Shown: positions 36,380 through 49,329, counted from the stretch's first letter. The stretch is DNA of 64,000 nt from Eledone cirrhosa (GCA_964016885.1 OZ024741.1:147746001-147810000); one strand, 5' to 3'. Made by a program: numbers and translations. Notes: generated from the sequence alone by a model not told the origin.

Positions 36380-39300
36380 AGGATATGAAGACGTCACATC
36401 TCAGATTTGCCACACTTAATGTTGGCACTCTAACAGGAAGATCTGGTGCGATAGTGGAGATGCTGGAGAGAAGGCATGTGGATGTGTGCTGCCTGCAAGA
36501 GGTGAGATGGAGAGGTGCCTCTGCAAGACTTATCGCAAGCAAACATCTTAGTTATAAGCTTTTCTGGGTAGGTAATGATGATGGGTTAGGTGGGGTAGGC
36601 ATATTACTGGCTGAGAGATGGATCGATAAGATAATAAAGGTAGTTAGAGTTAGTAATAGAATAATTAAGCTTAGATTAGTTGTAGGCAAGAGACTACTGA
36701 CAATCATCTCTGCCTATGTTCCCCAGGCAAGCCTAGGTAAAGAAGAGAAAGTATGCTTTTACGAGCAACTTTTACAAACAGCCTGAATGACAGAGGACGG
36801 AGACGTCGTTATGCTAGCAGGGGACTTCAATGGTCATGTTGCACAGTTCCAGGATGGATACACTGAGGTACATGGTGGGCACGGTTACAGCTCAAGAAAT
36901 GAAGAAGGAGTGAAGCGTCTTGAATTTTGTGATGCAAGTGCGCTAACCATTTGCAACACTAACTTCCAGAAACCTACCAACCACCTAATAACCTACAAAT
37001 CTGGCGAGCACATAAGCCAGATTGACTTCTTACTAGTTAGGCAGCGAGACAGACAGATAGTGTCAAATACTAAGGCATACCCCGGGGAAGAAGGTACTCA
37101 ACAGCATAGGTTAGTCGTTAGTGACATCTCAGTAAGCAAGGGATGGAATGAGACATACAGGAATGTGTGGAAAAGAAAGGTCTGGAAGCTAAAAGACCTT
37201 TCACTAAAAGACAAATTTAGGAAAGCCCTTCAAGATGTGTATGACGAAAAAGAAGACGATTTATAGACGTATGACATAGATGATAACTGGAATTTCTTAG
37301 ATGACAACTTACTGCAGGCTACTGATGAAACTTGTGGCTGGAGCAGAGCTCCAACCATACAGAGAGTGACCTGGTGGTGGAACAGCCCGCCCAGTAGATA
37401 AGGCCATTAGAGACAAAAGACTAGCATGGAAGGCTTGGAAAAAGGGTGGGAGTAGGGAAGAATATACAGCCGCTAAGAGAGAAGCTAGATGTTAGGTGTA
37501 CTTAGCACGCAGGGAGGCTGAGAGTAGGAAGTTTGCCAATGTTCTGCGACGGGAAGATCAGAGGCGTTCGGTGTTCCACATTACAAGGCAGTGTGTCAAT
37601 GCAAATCAGGATGTTGTTGGAGATAAATGTGTCCGGAACGATGCCGGTATACTTAGTGTCACGAATGATCAGAAAAAGGAGGCCTGGAAATGTCATTATG
37701 AGAGACTGATTAATCTGGAGAACGAATGGGAGAGAGTGAAATTACCGCCAGTAGATCCGACAGATGGACCAGCTATTGAGATTGACGGATATAGGATCCA
37801 AGAGGCGATTAAGGAAATGAAAAATGGTAAGGCTGCTGGACCATCGGGAATAGTTGCTGAGATGCTGAAGGCATCAGGGTACGTAGGCACTAAACTGGTT
37901 TCACGCATCATTAATCAGGCTATATATGGGGGTGTCATACCCAAAGACTGGTGCAGCAGTATTCTCATAAATTGCTACAAAGGTAAAGGGGATGCTCTGG
38001 AGAGGAGCAATTATAGGGGTATAAAACTGATGGATCAGGTTATGAAAGTGGCAGAAAGGATATTAGCACAACTAATTAGAGAAAGGATCAAACTAGATGA
38101 GATGCAGTTTGGTTTTGTGCCTGGGAAGAGTACAACAGATGCCCTCTTCTTGGTGAGACAATTTCAAGAGAGGTTTTTAGAGAAAAATAAGCCACTATAC
38201 TTAATCTTTGTTGACCTAGAGAAGGCCTTTGATAGGATACCCCGATCTGTCATCTGGGGGTCCCTAAGGAAACTAGGTGTTGAGGAATGGCTTGTGAGGA
38301 CAATGCAAACTTTGTACAGAGGTACTGTCAGTAAAGTCAGGGTAGGAATGGAGTTTAGTGAGGAATTCCAGATACAAGTAGAAGTACATCAAGGTTCGGT
38401 CCTCAGCCCGCTCTTGTTCATTATAGTCCTCCAAGCCATAACAGAGGAGTTTAAGACTGGCTGTCCATGGGAACTTCTCTATGCTGACGATCTGGTTCTT
38501 ATAGCAGAATCAGTAGAGGAGCTAGAGAATAAATTCTGGCTATGGAAACAGCAGTTGGAAGCAAGAGAACTGAGAGTGAACCTAGCTAAGACAAAAGTGT
38601 TGATGAGTAGAAAAGAGGACAAAACTCTGATTCTGTCATGGAAATGGCCATGTTCGATATGCAGAAAAGGAACTGGGATAAATTCTATAAAATGCACACA
38701 ATGCATATCCTAGGTATAAAAGAGATGTAGCGGGATAGCAGGCAAACTAACAGGTAGGGAGAAATATGTATGCAGTAGTTGTACAGGGAAATTAGACAGT
38801 AGAAGTCACATTGATAGACACATTTTTCAAATGCAGGCGGGTGCTATAGAAGTGATGGATAGCTTCCGGTACCTAGGAGATCAGATTAGCATGGGAGGGG
38901 GGTGTTCCGAGGCCATAGTATCTAGAATAAGGACGGGTTGGAAGAAGTTTAGGGAGCTGCTTCCTCTGCTGAAGAAGAAGGGTTTCTCCCTGCGTACGAA
39001 AGGCCGGTTATATGATGCCTGTGTGAGGAGCGCGATGTTGCATGGTAGTGAGACATGGGCAGCAACTGCAGAGGATATGCGACGGCTGGAGGGAAATGAG
39101 GCAAGCATGCTCTGTTGGATGTGCAATGTCAATGTGCGTGAACGACACAGCATGAATGTGTTGAGAGAGAAACTGTGTCTGAGAGGGATAGAATGTAGGG
39201 TACGGGAGAGGAGACTGAGGTGGCATGGAGATGTGATGCGCATGGAAGATAACCGATGGGTGAGGAAATGCCAGTTGAAGGAAGGCGTGGTAGAGGTAGA

Positions 39301-39458
39301 CCAGGAAAAACATGGGCGGAGGTGGTGAGAACAGACCTCAGATCACTGAAGCTCACGGTGGAGATGACGAAGGACCGTGACAAATAGAGAGATGCTGTGC
39401 TGAATAAGACCCGTCCCACTCTTGCAAGCAGGGAAGAGCGGACGTAAAATGATGATGA
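36380..39458 (+). mobile_element. RTE-clade LINE, decayed; inverted duplicate of 16578-19535
   Basis: Same motifs, same premature stop after CTQCIS, and same ~190-bp 3' flank (39459-39645 vs 16391-16577). Confidence 0.95.
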
Positions 39459-39644
39459 TTTATATATATATTGAAACACTTACAATATTTACCAGTTAAT
39501 AAATTTAATTCAATATATTTCTTGCCTTGATGGAATATAAGGCCTCTGTTCCATATGCACGGAGTAGGCAGAAACTCTATACTGTGTACATAGTATGTAT
39601 AATTGACACATGTGTACAGACTGCAATATTGCATAGAAGCAAAA

Positions 39645-39990
39645 CATGGGTCTTGAATATAAACAATCTGAAATGATTGGAAAACAATGAAGTGTGCATA
39701 TTGCAGTGTCTGTGTGTAACATTAGTGTACATGAATGACAGCACAAAGAAATTAAAATAAAAGCTATCTATAAGAGGAATATAATGTAGTATACATCAGT
39801 GAAAACTGTGCCGGTGTTGACATGAAGGATGCTAGTTGTATTAAGAAGTGTTGGGAGTTTTAAGTAAAAGGAGCTTGTCAAAGATGGAGGCCAAGGAAGA
39901 CATGGTAAGAAGTGGTGAAGACAGACCTCAAAAAGCCGACCCTCATGAAGGAGATGGCTGACAATGTGTTGTGTGTAAGAAAACCCATTT
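39645..39990 (+). mobile_element. Old RTE LINE 3' fragment
   Basis: Degenerate ...CIKKC...RPRKTW*EVVKTDLK. Confidence 0.55.
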
Positions 39991-40554
39991 CTTGGTGCAA
40001 GCAGAGTGGAATGGTTGTTAAGGTGGTAATGATAGTAACAGGCTGTATTGGGCTTCTTGCTCACTACACTCCCAATTAAATCACCTCTTTCTATCCTTTG
40101 TGATATACACCCACTTATTATGCCCAGCTCTAGGGAGGGCATCTGTTTTCTATTCAATCACCCATTATCTTATTCACTCTTTATCATCATCATCATCATT
40201 ACTATCCATCTCACCTGCATCTCTACTAACTATTAAACTATTAAAAGAGAAAGTGAAAGAGAGATGTTATATATTTATTTCTGTGTGCATGTGTGTGTGC
40301 GTCAACGAAGATGTGTATGTATGTGTGTGTGTGTCTGTGGGGGGGGGGATGTAATTCCACAAAAGTCTAGAATCGTCTTTAGATCAAAGTATCAGTTGAA
40401 GGTTTAACAATATTGCATTAGCTTTTATAAAGTCGCTTTATATCAATCTTTGATTTTACAGAACACAGAAAAAATAGATACTATTTGAAATTAATCTATA
40501 GTGTATATTAATTTAGCTTTTTGAGGATAGTGTCATGTTATTATTATCCTAATT

Positions 40555-40670
40555 CTGAGTTCAAATACTTCTGAGGTTAACTTTGCCTTTCATCCTTACG
40601 GGGTCGATGAAATAAAGTACCAGTAATGTACTGAGATAATTGCTGGCCTTGTGCCAAAAGTAGAAACAAT
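40555..40670 (+). mobile_element. Truncated SINE with 15-bp TSD
   Basis: gagttcaaat...ctttgcctttcatccttacggggtcgat..aaagtaccag...ggccttgtgccaaaagtagaaacaat; TSD ttattatcctaattc at 40541 and 40670. Confidence 0.85.
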
Positions 40671-40944
40671 TATTATCCTAATTCAGATGATAGTGTCAAC
40701 CTATTCTCTAAGGCTGCTATTTGCATTTAAACATAATATTGCTTTGTATTGTTTTTTTTTTCCTGCTATTTTCCAAGAAAGTTAATTTGATGATGCCACC
40801 AAAACACTGCTAATCTATCAGGGAGTTACAATATCCGCCAAACGGTTGAAATCTTCAAGTGAAAGAGAAACCCACAAACAATATAAAAAAACAAACTTGG
40901 GAATAAAGGGAAAAGTCAACATTTTGATATTCAGTAGAATATAA

Positions 40945-41120
40945 GACGGGAAACAGAAAGGTTAAGACAACAAGAAAGACGATCGCAACTTTCTGAGAGT
41001 GAACAGAACCTGAGACAGGAAACACAAAGATTAAGGCAAGAAGAAAGACGAGTGCAACTTTCTGAAAGTGAACAGAACCTGAGACAGGAAACAGAAAGAC
41101 TAAGGCAAGAAGAAAGATGA
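40945..41120 (+). repeat. 69-bp tandem repeat (~2.5 copies), remnant coiled-coil coding
   Basis: Translates as RQETERLRQEERRxQLSESEQNL repeats, bounded by stops. Confidence 0.75.
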
Positions 41121-41344
41121 TCCCAACAAACGGAAGTTGAATATGAAAATCACCGAGAGGCAATGAGAGTTGCGATGCAAACATGATGAGCACAAAGGAC
41201 TCTTCAAGGCAGAATATCCAATGCAGTCGTTTTCTCTTCTACCTGTCTTCTCTTATCAACTGTTCACTCGAGTGTACCTCAACTAGTATGATATATATCA
41301 GTTTTGTTAGGTATATTCTTAGGTTTCAGAGTTACTGAAAGAGA

Positions 41345-42810
41345 GTAATGGGAGATAACTATGATGTCGCTTATGGTGGTTGTGGTGTTGCATGTGGTGG
41401 TGGTGGTGCATGTTATGGTGGTGCATGTGGTGGTGGTGCATGTGAAGGTGGTGCACGTGGTGGTGGTGGTGGTTCATGTGGTAGTGGTGGTGGTGCATGT
41501 GAAGGTGGTGCATCTGGTGGTAGTGCATGTGATGGAGGTGATGATGGCGATGCATGTGGTGGTGGTGCATGTGATGGTGGTGATGATAATGATGGTGGTG
41601 CTGGTGGTGCTAATGGTTTGAGGTGATGGTGATGGTGGCAGTGGTGGTAGTGATGGTGATGGTAGTGAGGGCAATAATAGTAGTGATGGTGGTGATGGTA
41701 GTGGTTGTGGTGATGATGATGGTGGTGTTACTGATTATGATGGCCTGATGGCTGTGATGATAGTGGTGTTGTTGTTGACGAAGGTGGTGGAGGTAGTGGA
41801 GGTAGTGGTGGTGATTAAGGTGGTGATAGTGACAATGGCGATGATAAAGGTGGTAGTGATGGAGGTGGTGATGGTGATAATGGTGGTGGTGATGGTGATG
41901 AGGGTAGTGGTGATGGTGATGGAGATGGTGATAGTGATAATGGTGGCGGTGATGGAGGTGGTGATGAGGGTAGTGGTGGTGGTGATGGAGGTGGTGATGA
42001 GGGTGGTGGTGATGAAGGTGGTGATGGGGGTGGTGATGGTGATGATGGTGATGAATGTGGTGGTGATGGTGATAATGGTGGCGGTGATGGAGGTGGTGAT
42101 GAGGGTAGTGGTGGGGTGGGGTGTAGGTGGGGGTGATGGTGATAATGGTGGGGGTGATGGAGGTGGTGATGGTGATAATGGTGGGGGTGATGGATGTGGT
42201 GATGAGGGTAGTGGTGGGGATTGATGTAGGTGGTGGTGATGGTGATAATGGTGGGGGTGATGGAGGTGGTGATGAGAGTAGTGGTGGGGATTGATGTAGG
42301 TGGTGGTGATGGTGATAATGGTGGTGGCGATGAAGGTGGTGATGAGGGTAGTGGTGGGGGTGATGAAGGTGGTGATGAGGGTAGTGGTGGGGGTGATGAA
42401 GGTCGTGGTGATGGTGATAATGGTGGTGCTGATGAAGGTGGTGATGGTGATAATGGTAGTGGTGGTGGTGATGAAGGTGGTGATGATGATAATGGTGGTG
42501 GTGGTGATGGAGGTGGTAGCGGGATAATGGTGGTGGTGATGAAGATGGTGATAGTGATAATGGTGATGGTGGTGGTGATGGTAATAATGGTAGTGGTGGT
42601 GAGGATGATAGTGGTGGTGATGAAGGTGGTGGTGATGGTGATAATGGTGGTGGTGATGGTGATAATGGTGGTGGTGATGAAGGTGGTGATGGTGATGATG
42701 GTAGTGGTAATGAAGGTGGTGATGGTGATAATGGTGGTGGCGATGGCGATAATCGTGGTAATAATGCTGGTTGTGGTGAGGATGATAGTGGAGGTGGTTG
42801 TGTTGGTGAA
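41345..42810. repeat. Degenerate (GGT/GAT)n trinucleotide low-complexity tract
   Basis: Direct reading. Confidence 0.95.
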
Positions 42811-43035
42811 TAATAACTTAAGAAATAGAAGAAATATATGTCATGATGACTTTTAAAATTATTTGGCATCATAGAAATTTCTAATTTTAAAACAACTAAA
42901 AGGAAAAAAACAAACAACAGATATATTTAAAATTAACAAAAACAATGAAACAAGGGAATAGTTAACCTGCCTAAATATACTGGTACTTTTTATTGCCCTG
43001 TTTTGTATACATTCACAATATACATGTATATTATA

Positions 43036-43074
<39 letters not shown>

Positions 43075-43082
<8 letters not shown>

Positions 43083-43855
43083 CGTAAAATAAGAAAATTA
43101 TAAAATTAACTTACTTACTAAAATATATTTTCCGAAGAAGATACAGAGAAGCATTCCGTCGTCAGGGAGGTCTATTCTCATCTAAGTATCCAGACAAAGC
43201 GTGGACACTGGAAACTTATTAAAAAATAATTCAGTGGATAGGAAATAGCAAAGCGTGGACTGAATTCCTAGCCATTGAGAAAATCACTGCCTCTGCGTCG
43301 GTGGCAAATTCAAAAAGAATCAATCACGTGACATCGAGGTCAATCAGTGGAAAGTGGTTTGCTAATAAGACAGCGGCCTGCTACCATAGCAGCAGTCATG
43401 GCCAATATTGCTCGACAAATAATTTGGAGATAATTATAAAGAATTAATATCTAGTAACATATATATACATACAGATGCATATCAATGCTAGCAAATATAT
43501 AGGTTTTGTCTTAGTAACTTTGTGGTTCAATGCATGGGGTTGCAGAACAATAAAATGAGAGACGTAAAATAAGAAAATTATAAAATTAACTTACTTACTA
43601 AAATATCACTTCCAACTAATTAGTTTCTGTATCTTCTTCGGAAAATATATTTATTCCATTCCAGAAACTAATTAGTTGGAAGTGATATTTTAGTAAGTAA
43701 GTTAATTTTATAATTTTCTTATTTTACGTCTCTCATATTATTGTTCTGCAACCCCATGCATTGAACCACAAAGTTACTAAGACAAAACCTATATATTTGC
43801 TAGCATTGATATGCATCTGTATGTATATATATGTTACTAGATATTAATTCTTTAT
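43075..43855 (-). mobile_element. Non-coding hammerhead-bearing retrozyme-like element (direct + inverted partial copies)
   Basis: 52-bp direct repeat 43075-43126 / 43555-43606; inverted arms 43436-43627 / 43663-43855; hammerhead 5' half at 43152-43170 (-) and 3' half at 43657-43682 (+); (TA)n flanks. Confidence 0.7.
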
Positions 43856-43874
43856 ATATATATATATATATATA

Positions 43875-44066
43875 TTAATAAAAGGAAAAGAAAACATCAC
43901 GAGCGCTCCATCTCAAAATTATTTTTGAAAAGCCATAGAAATGCGCAACCGGTAAAAACTTAAAACTAAAACTGAATACTAACCAATACTTATTCTAATT
44001 TATACTTATTCCTAATTAAACTATTTTTCACTGGGAAAAATTTGTCAGCATTTTCTTTTCCTTTTA

Positions 44067-44070
<4 letters not shown>
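43875..44070. repeat. Small MITE-like element in (TA)n with 20-bp TIRs
   Basis: ttaataaaaggaaaagaaaa / ttttcttttccttttactaa. Confidence 0.6.
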
Positions 44071-44150
<80 letters not shown>

Positions 44151-44189
44151 TTAAAAAACAATTAGAAGACAGCAACCTCTTAACCTCTT

Positions 44190-45458
44190 AACTCCTGCTA
44201 CGTTGATGATATAAACATCGTAGTAAAAACACCCCCACTAGAGAACAGTCAGGAATTAAAGAAAAACACCATGGAAAGCATCCAGCAAATAGCTAACTCC
44301 ATCCACCAGAGTATTAGAGTTACTATAGACTACCCAAGCAAACACCCCAACCATCGATTACCTGTACTAGACACAGAGCTCTGGTTAGATACCATTAATA
44401 ACAAAAAACAAATCCTCCATTCCCATTATGCCAAACCCATGACTTCCAAATATCTGATCCACCGAAACTCACCTGTTTCGGACCATACCAAAATCAACAT
44501 ACTGATTGCAGATTTGGTACGGGTGATGAGAAACGTGTGCAACCCCAAAGAACTAGAGAGACACATACAACACTTCATCCACCGTATGCAGTTCTCTGGT
44601 TACAATCAGAGAGATAAAATCAGAGTATATAGAGGAGCCAGAACCAAATGGGAAAAAATGGTAAATAATGATACAAATGGGACCTGCCCCTTGTATAGGA
44701 GCAAATTTTGGAATAGAATAGAAAGAACTAGGAATAAGGTTAATAAAATAAACTCATGGTATGATAGCAATAAATACCAGAGTGTAATGTTCATAGATAC
44801 AACCCCTAGAGGTGAATTAGCTTACAAATTTAGAAGGGCCCTAGATAAACATAAACTCAATATTAAGATAGTAGAAAGACCAGGTACCTCCATAAAAACA
44901 CTTATTAGCAATACATACCCTTTTCAAAGACCTCCCTGTATAGATTGTAAAACTAGAAATGTAGTATATAGCATAAGATGTACTGAAGGACAAAGTAGAG
45001 ATAAGAATATAGTGTACATAGGTGAGACAGCTCATAGTATAGGGGAACGGATAAATGAAAACTGGCGAGAGCTTCAAGATAGTAAAGAATCATCTGTACT
45101 CCGCCAACATGCTAAAATAGAACATAAGGGTAAATTAGAGAACATAGAAATAAAAATAGAATCTACACATAGAAAAGACGCAATGTTTAGACAAATCACA
45201 GAGGCAATAAACATAAATGAACTCCAACCCAAATTAAATAGAAAACATGAATGGAACAGCAACATCACAACTTACAATTAAGGACAAAATGAAAACACAC
45301 ACACACATAGAACAAACAACCAACCAGTAACATGTAAATAAACAAATAAATAAACAAATATAAACACACACAGACACCCGGATGTAACACATGCGCAAAG
45401 TAAGTGAAAGCAACTGGTGCGTCTGTTTCTTATTGGCAATATGACCCTCCCAAAGCAA

Positions 45459-45465
<7 letters not shown>
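44190..45465 (+). mobile_element. Penelope-like element 2, 5'-truncated (RT C-terminal half + GIY-YIG)
   Basis: YVDDINI at ~44199; ORF 44271-45281 homologous to element 1, with VVYSIRC...YIGETAHS; ends in (TA)n. Confidence 0.9.
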
Positions 45466-45503
<38 letters not shown>

Positions 45504-45560
45504 TATTCATCTCGGAAGTTGTTTTTCGTTTATTCCTAAGCCGAATTACGATTCTCGCTA

Positions 45561-45652
<92 letters not shown>

Positions 45653-45685
45653 ATCTATCTATCGATCTATCTATCTATATATATA

Positions 45686-45864
45686 ATTCACTTGTAATTC
45701 ATACATTCTCTCATATAACCAACAACCTTTTTTGCTTACTTTTGTTAAATTACATTCTAACGATATCTTTACATATTGCTTGCAAACATCTCGGTTAAAG
45801 AACCAACAAAGTTTACTACTTTATTCAATATATGAGCTAGATATTCTATAATCGTCAAATATAC
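45686..45864 (-). repeat. Downstream inverted repeat of GPCR cassette 2 (truncated)
   Basis: Reverse complement of 48341-48530 and of 2370-2570. Confidence 0.9.
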
Positions 45865-45932
45865 TTTGGTGAGATCTATAGAGTTAAGAATTCCGTACTT
45901 TTGTATCTATTTTCAAGAAACTCAATATTTTA

Positions 45933-47270
45933 TTAATGATATCGATGAAACAAATTCTGTAATTCAAATCGAAACCTCGTATTAAAAGCTCCATAAATGA
46001 ATGGGTTTACAGCAGAATTAAAGTAAATAGAATACAGCATGAACCTATAAATTACAATTCCATTTGGTGCTCTGGTGAACAAGTGCTCTGTTCTTTTAAC
46101 CTCCAGTATCCTAGGCCGAATAGATGAGGTACATAAGTCAGAATCCAAAGGAAAGTGATGGTGAACAAAAGTATATTGGTTCTAGGAGTCTTAATTTTTT
46201 TTGGATGAGCCGTTAATCGTCTCTTACCAACATTAGCTCCAGAAGTACCACTAGAAGGTTCTTTTGGCATATGGGACGCATATTTGACTGGCTCTCCCTC
46301 TTGGCGTCTATGCCCTTTTCTTGCGGAAAATCTCCAAATATGTATTGCAACCATTATATAAACTACCCGCCGAGGTTGACTTTGCCTTTCATCCTTACGG
46401 GGGTCGATAAAATAAAGTACCGGTAATGCACTGGGGTAATTGCTGGCCTTGTGCCTAAAGTAGAAACAATTATATAAACTACCATCGGACGCCATGCTTT
46501 CCAGCATAGTTACGTCCCTTTACGATCTGAGTTCAAATCCCGCCGAGGTTGACTTTTCCTTTCATCCTTACGGGGTCGATAAAATAAAGTACCAGTAATG
46601 CACTGGGTAATTGCTGGCCTTGTGCCTAAAGTAGAAACAATTATATAAACTACCATCAGAAAAACAAACAGAGAACCAGAAACAATAAGCAATACACCAT
46701 AATAGATTATAGGATAGATTGTACCACCCAATTTCGAAGAAAATGAACACTCTCTTCCAATATCTCCACAGTCTTTTACGTTGAGATGTTCTGCGTTGTA
46801 TATATAAACTGTTGGCAGGCCTAATATGGCGGAGATGATTATTAAAGTTACTATGACTTCTTACGAGAAAATCGAACTTGAAGAGGTCGACAGATAAGTG
46901 AGTATCTATCAACTGCTATAATGAATACAATCAATGATGAAGTGACTATGGTTATAACAGTAGTAAAACGCATGATGCGGCAAGCAGTAGCACTGTAAAA
47001 GGTGTATGGAAAATTTAGAATGATAAGTTCAATTGGTATGCTTATTATACAAGTAAGAAAATCGCTCATCGAAAGCGCTACAATGAACAAATTTGTGGCT
47101 GTATTCTCAAATTTATAATAGTATATATAAGATACTAACATATTTCCGACTGATCCAAACCCCATAATCATTGTCAGATACAGCATTACTGGAAACACAA
47201 CATTCACCATTTCAGTATTTAACTCCTCTAAAGTGTCATTACAGTCTTTGGAATAATGTTTGTTATCCAT
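45933..47270 (-). pseudogene. Class A GPCR pseudogene, paralog of 1244-2305
   Basis: Colinear homology over the whole length; 10-bp deletion at ~46855, SINE insertion 46368-46640, 1-bp frameshift at ~46095. Confidence 0.95.
46368..46640 (+). mobile_element. Two tandem truncated SINEs inside the GPCR pseudogene
   Basis: Two copies of ccgccgaggttgacttt.cctttcatcc...gtagaaacaat; target attatataaactacc present three times (46353, 46469, 46640). Confidence 0.9.
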
Positions 47271-47444
47271 TATCTTTTTGTTTCTTCCAAATGTTTTTAT
47301 TAGTTCTTGCAGATTCGAAAATATTTGGTTGAATCACAAATAGAGAACGCTGTGTATCAACTTTTTAGTGAAATAATCTATTTGAAATCTTACGCAATAC
47401 TCTCGCAGATTACGTCAATATAGTTAACACATTATTATCTTTAC

Positions 47445-48340
47445 TTTTTTTTTCAGTGAAAATAACTTTATCAATATTTAAAAACGGAAAAGGAAGGGAA
47501 GAGCAAGGGCTCTAGGGTCAAAGAAAATGGGAGAGGTAAGTGGAGGAGGATGGGCTCTGGGTCTAGGGCGTGGCGGTGTTGGAGCTGCGCCCAACGGAAA
47601 AGACCGCATGACCTTTTCCACAGACAATTGCCAGCGATACACGCTGCAACAGCCACCCCATCTCACGGGACTCTTTCCTCAGACGGGCAACGTCATGTTC
47701 GACCGTCATGCTGAGGACATCGCTGACGAGAACGCTACTGGAGAAGATTGAGGAAAGGTAGGCCGCTAGAGCCAGATCCGAAGCGGGTCTGAGGCCGAGG
47801 CCACCGAACCTCGCTGGTAGCTTCGCCTGTTGCCAGCCGGCACTGTCGAAACTCACATTGCACATGAGTTCTGCACAGCATCGGATGGGGCGTAGAGTTC
47901 ACCGAGAAGATCTGCATGGGGGTGACAAGATGCACCGCGCGGCGGGAACATAAATTTGGGGAGGGTAAAGCAGTTCTTCAAGAGGAGGAACGCTGTTGAA
48001 AGCGTATGTCGTGTCCAGCTTCATAAGGAGGTGGGATGACGAAGGAGGCGCGTGCCCTATGGAATACTGCAGCCTCATATCCGCACTTGATTCCCACTCT
48101 GAGCTGGACAGGGTTTAGCACCTCGCTCAGGTCCTCTTTGACTGACTTGCAAGTCGTCGGAAGACGTTGCCCATCGCCATGCGTTCGGACACCTCCGTCA
48201 TTCTTCCTTACGGCGGACAGACTGGCCGAGAAGACAAGATCGTGAGCATGGCAGGGCAGGTTGGCGCGGACGAGACAGTTGGTGAGGGCTGTTAGGTACT
48301 GGAGCAATCGGGCCCCTTGCTTCTGTAGCGAGAGACGAGA
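47445..48340 (-). mobile_element. CRE-like fragment, inverted duplicate of 175-1069
   Basis: Near-identical reverse complement with the same junctions. Confidence 0.85.
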
Positions 48341-49299
48341 GTATATTTGACGATTATAGAATATCTAGCTCGTACATTGAATAAAGTAGTAAACTTTGTT
48401 GGTTCTTTAACCGAGATGTTTGCAAGCAATATGTAAAGATATCGTTTGTAAACGACACTTAGTTAGAATGTAATTTAACAAAAGTAAGCAAAAAAGGTTG
48501 TTGGTTATATGAGAGAATGTATGAATTACAAGGGATTTATGTAAGGATAGTCTTCGGAAAAATTATAGAAAGAAAGAGTTGTGTATGAATGCGATGTGCG
48601 TGTTTTGTTCGTGTGTATGAATGCGATGTGCGTGTGTTTTGTTTGTGTGTATGGATGCGATGTGCTTGTGTTTTATTCGTGTGTATGGATGCAAGACTAC
48701 CGGAGGTTACGGATGTTATCCTACCACCCTGCTTTACCCGTAAATTTCTCCTGTGATTATGTCCTTAAACTTTCTAACCACATTACCCAATGGCAAATAC
48801 CCTATGGATGGTTGCTTGCTTTCTGCATTTGTACAAAGTCTATACTGGCTAATTCCCAGGATACGCTATATCTAACATGAGCAGAATAACATCAAACAAA
48901 AGGCAGTAAACTTGTCACAAACAAACAAAACGTAAATATATACCCGTAAAATCTCAGGTTTTTCACACATCTATCTCGACGAACACTCGGAAGAAGGAGA
49001 CAATGCAACATATGCTAAGATACTAGAAAATGAAATCAACAATGTGAAGTAGTCTCTTCTGTAGGAATGAGAGCTATTTCTCATCACATACATAGCCAGA
49101 AATTTACTACGGGTTGTAGTAAATTCTATTAAAAATATGTATCTAATATGATGAAGCAATAAAGAAGTTTTGATTTATTTTTCTAATGAAGAAAAAATTG
49201 GTTCGGTACAATGTTATTTTAACACTTGTCATGTTGATAGGTTTTGTTAGAATTTTGAAGGTGAAATTTGCTTTTACTATGATTTAAAAAAATGTAATT
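48341..49299 (+). repeat. Upstream inverted repeat of GPCR cassette 2
   Basis: Homologous to 2370-3032; includes 3-4 tandem copies of gtgtatgaatgcgatgtgcgtg. Confidence 0.85.
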
Positions 49300-49329
49300 T
49301 ATACGAAATGTTTCCGTACTGTTTAAAAG

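Noticed and set aside
41319-42917. His/Pro-rich 435-aa and Gly/Val/Met-rich ORFs
   Set aside because: Stop-poor frames of a degenerate GGT/GAT repeat; amino-acid composition switches with frame and no domain is present
48580-48695. Short repeats with variable spacers resembling a CRISPR array
   Set aside because: Degenerate minisatellite of 3-4 units in eukaryotic DNA; no unique spacers or cas genes
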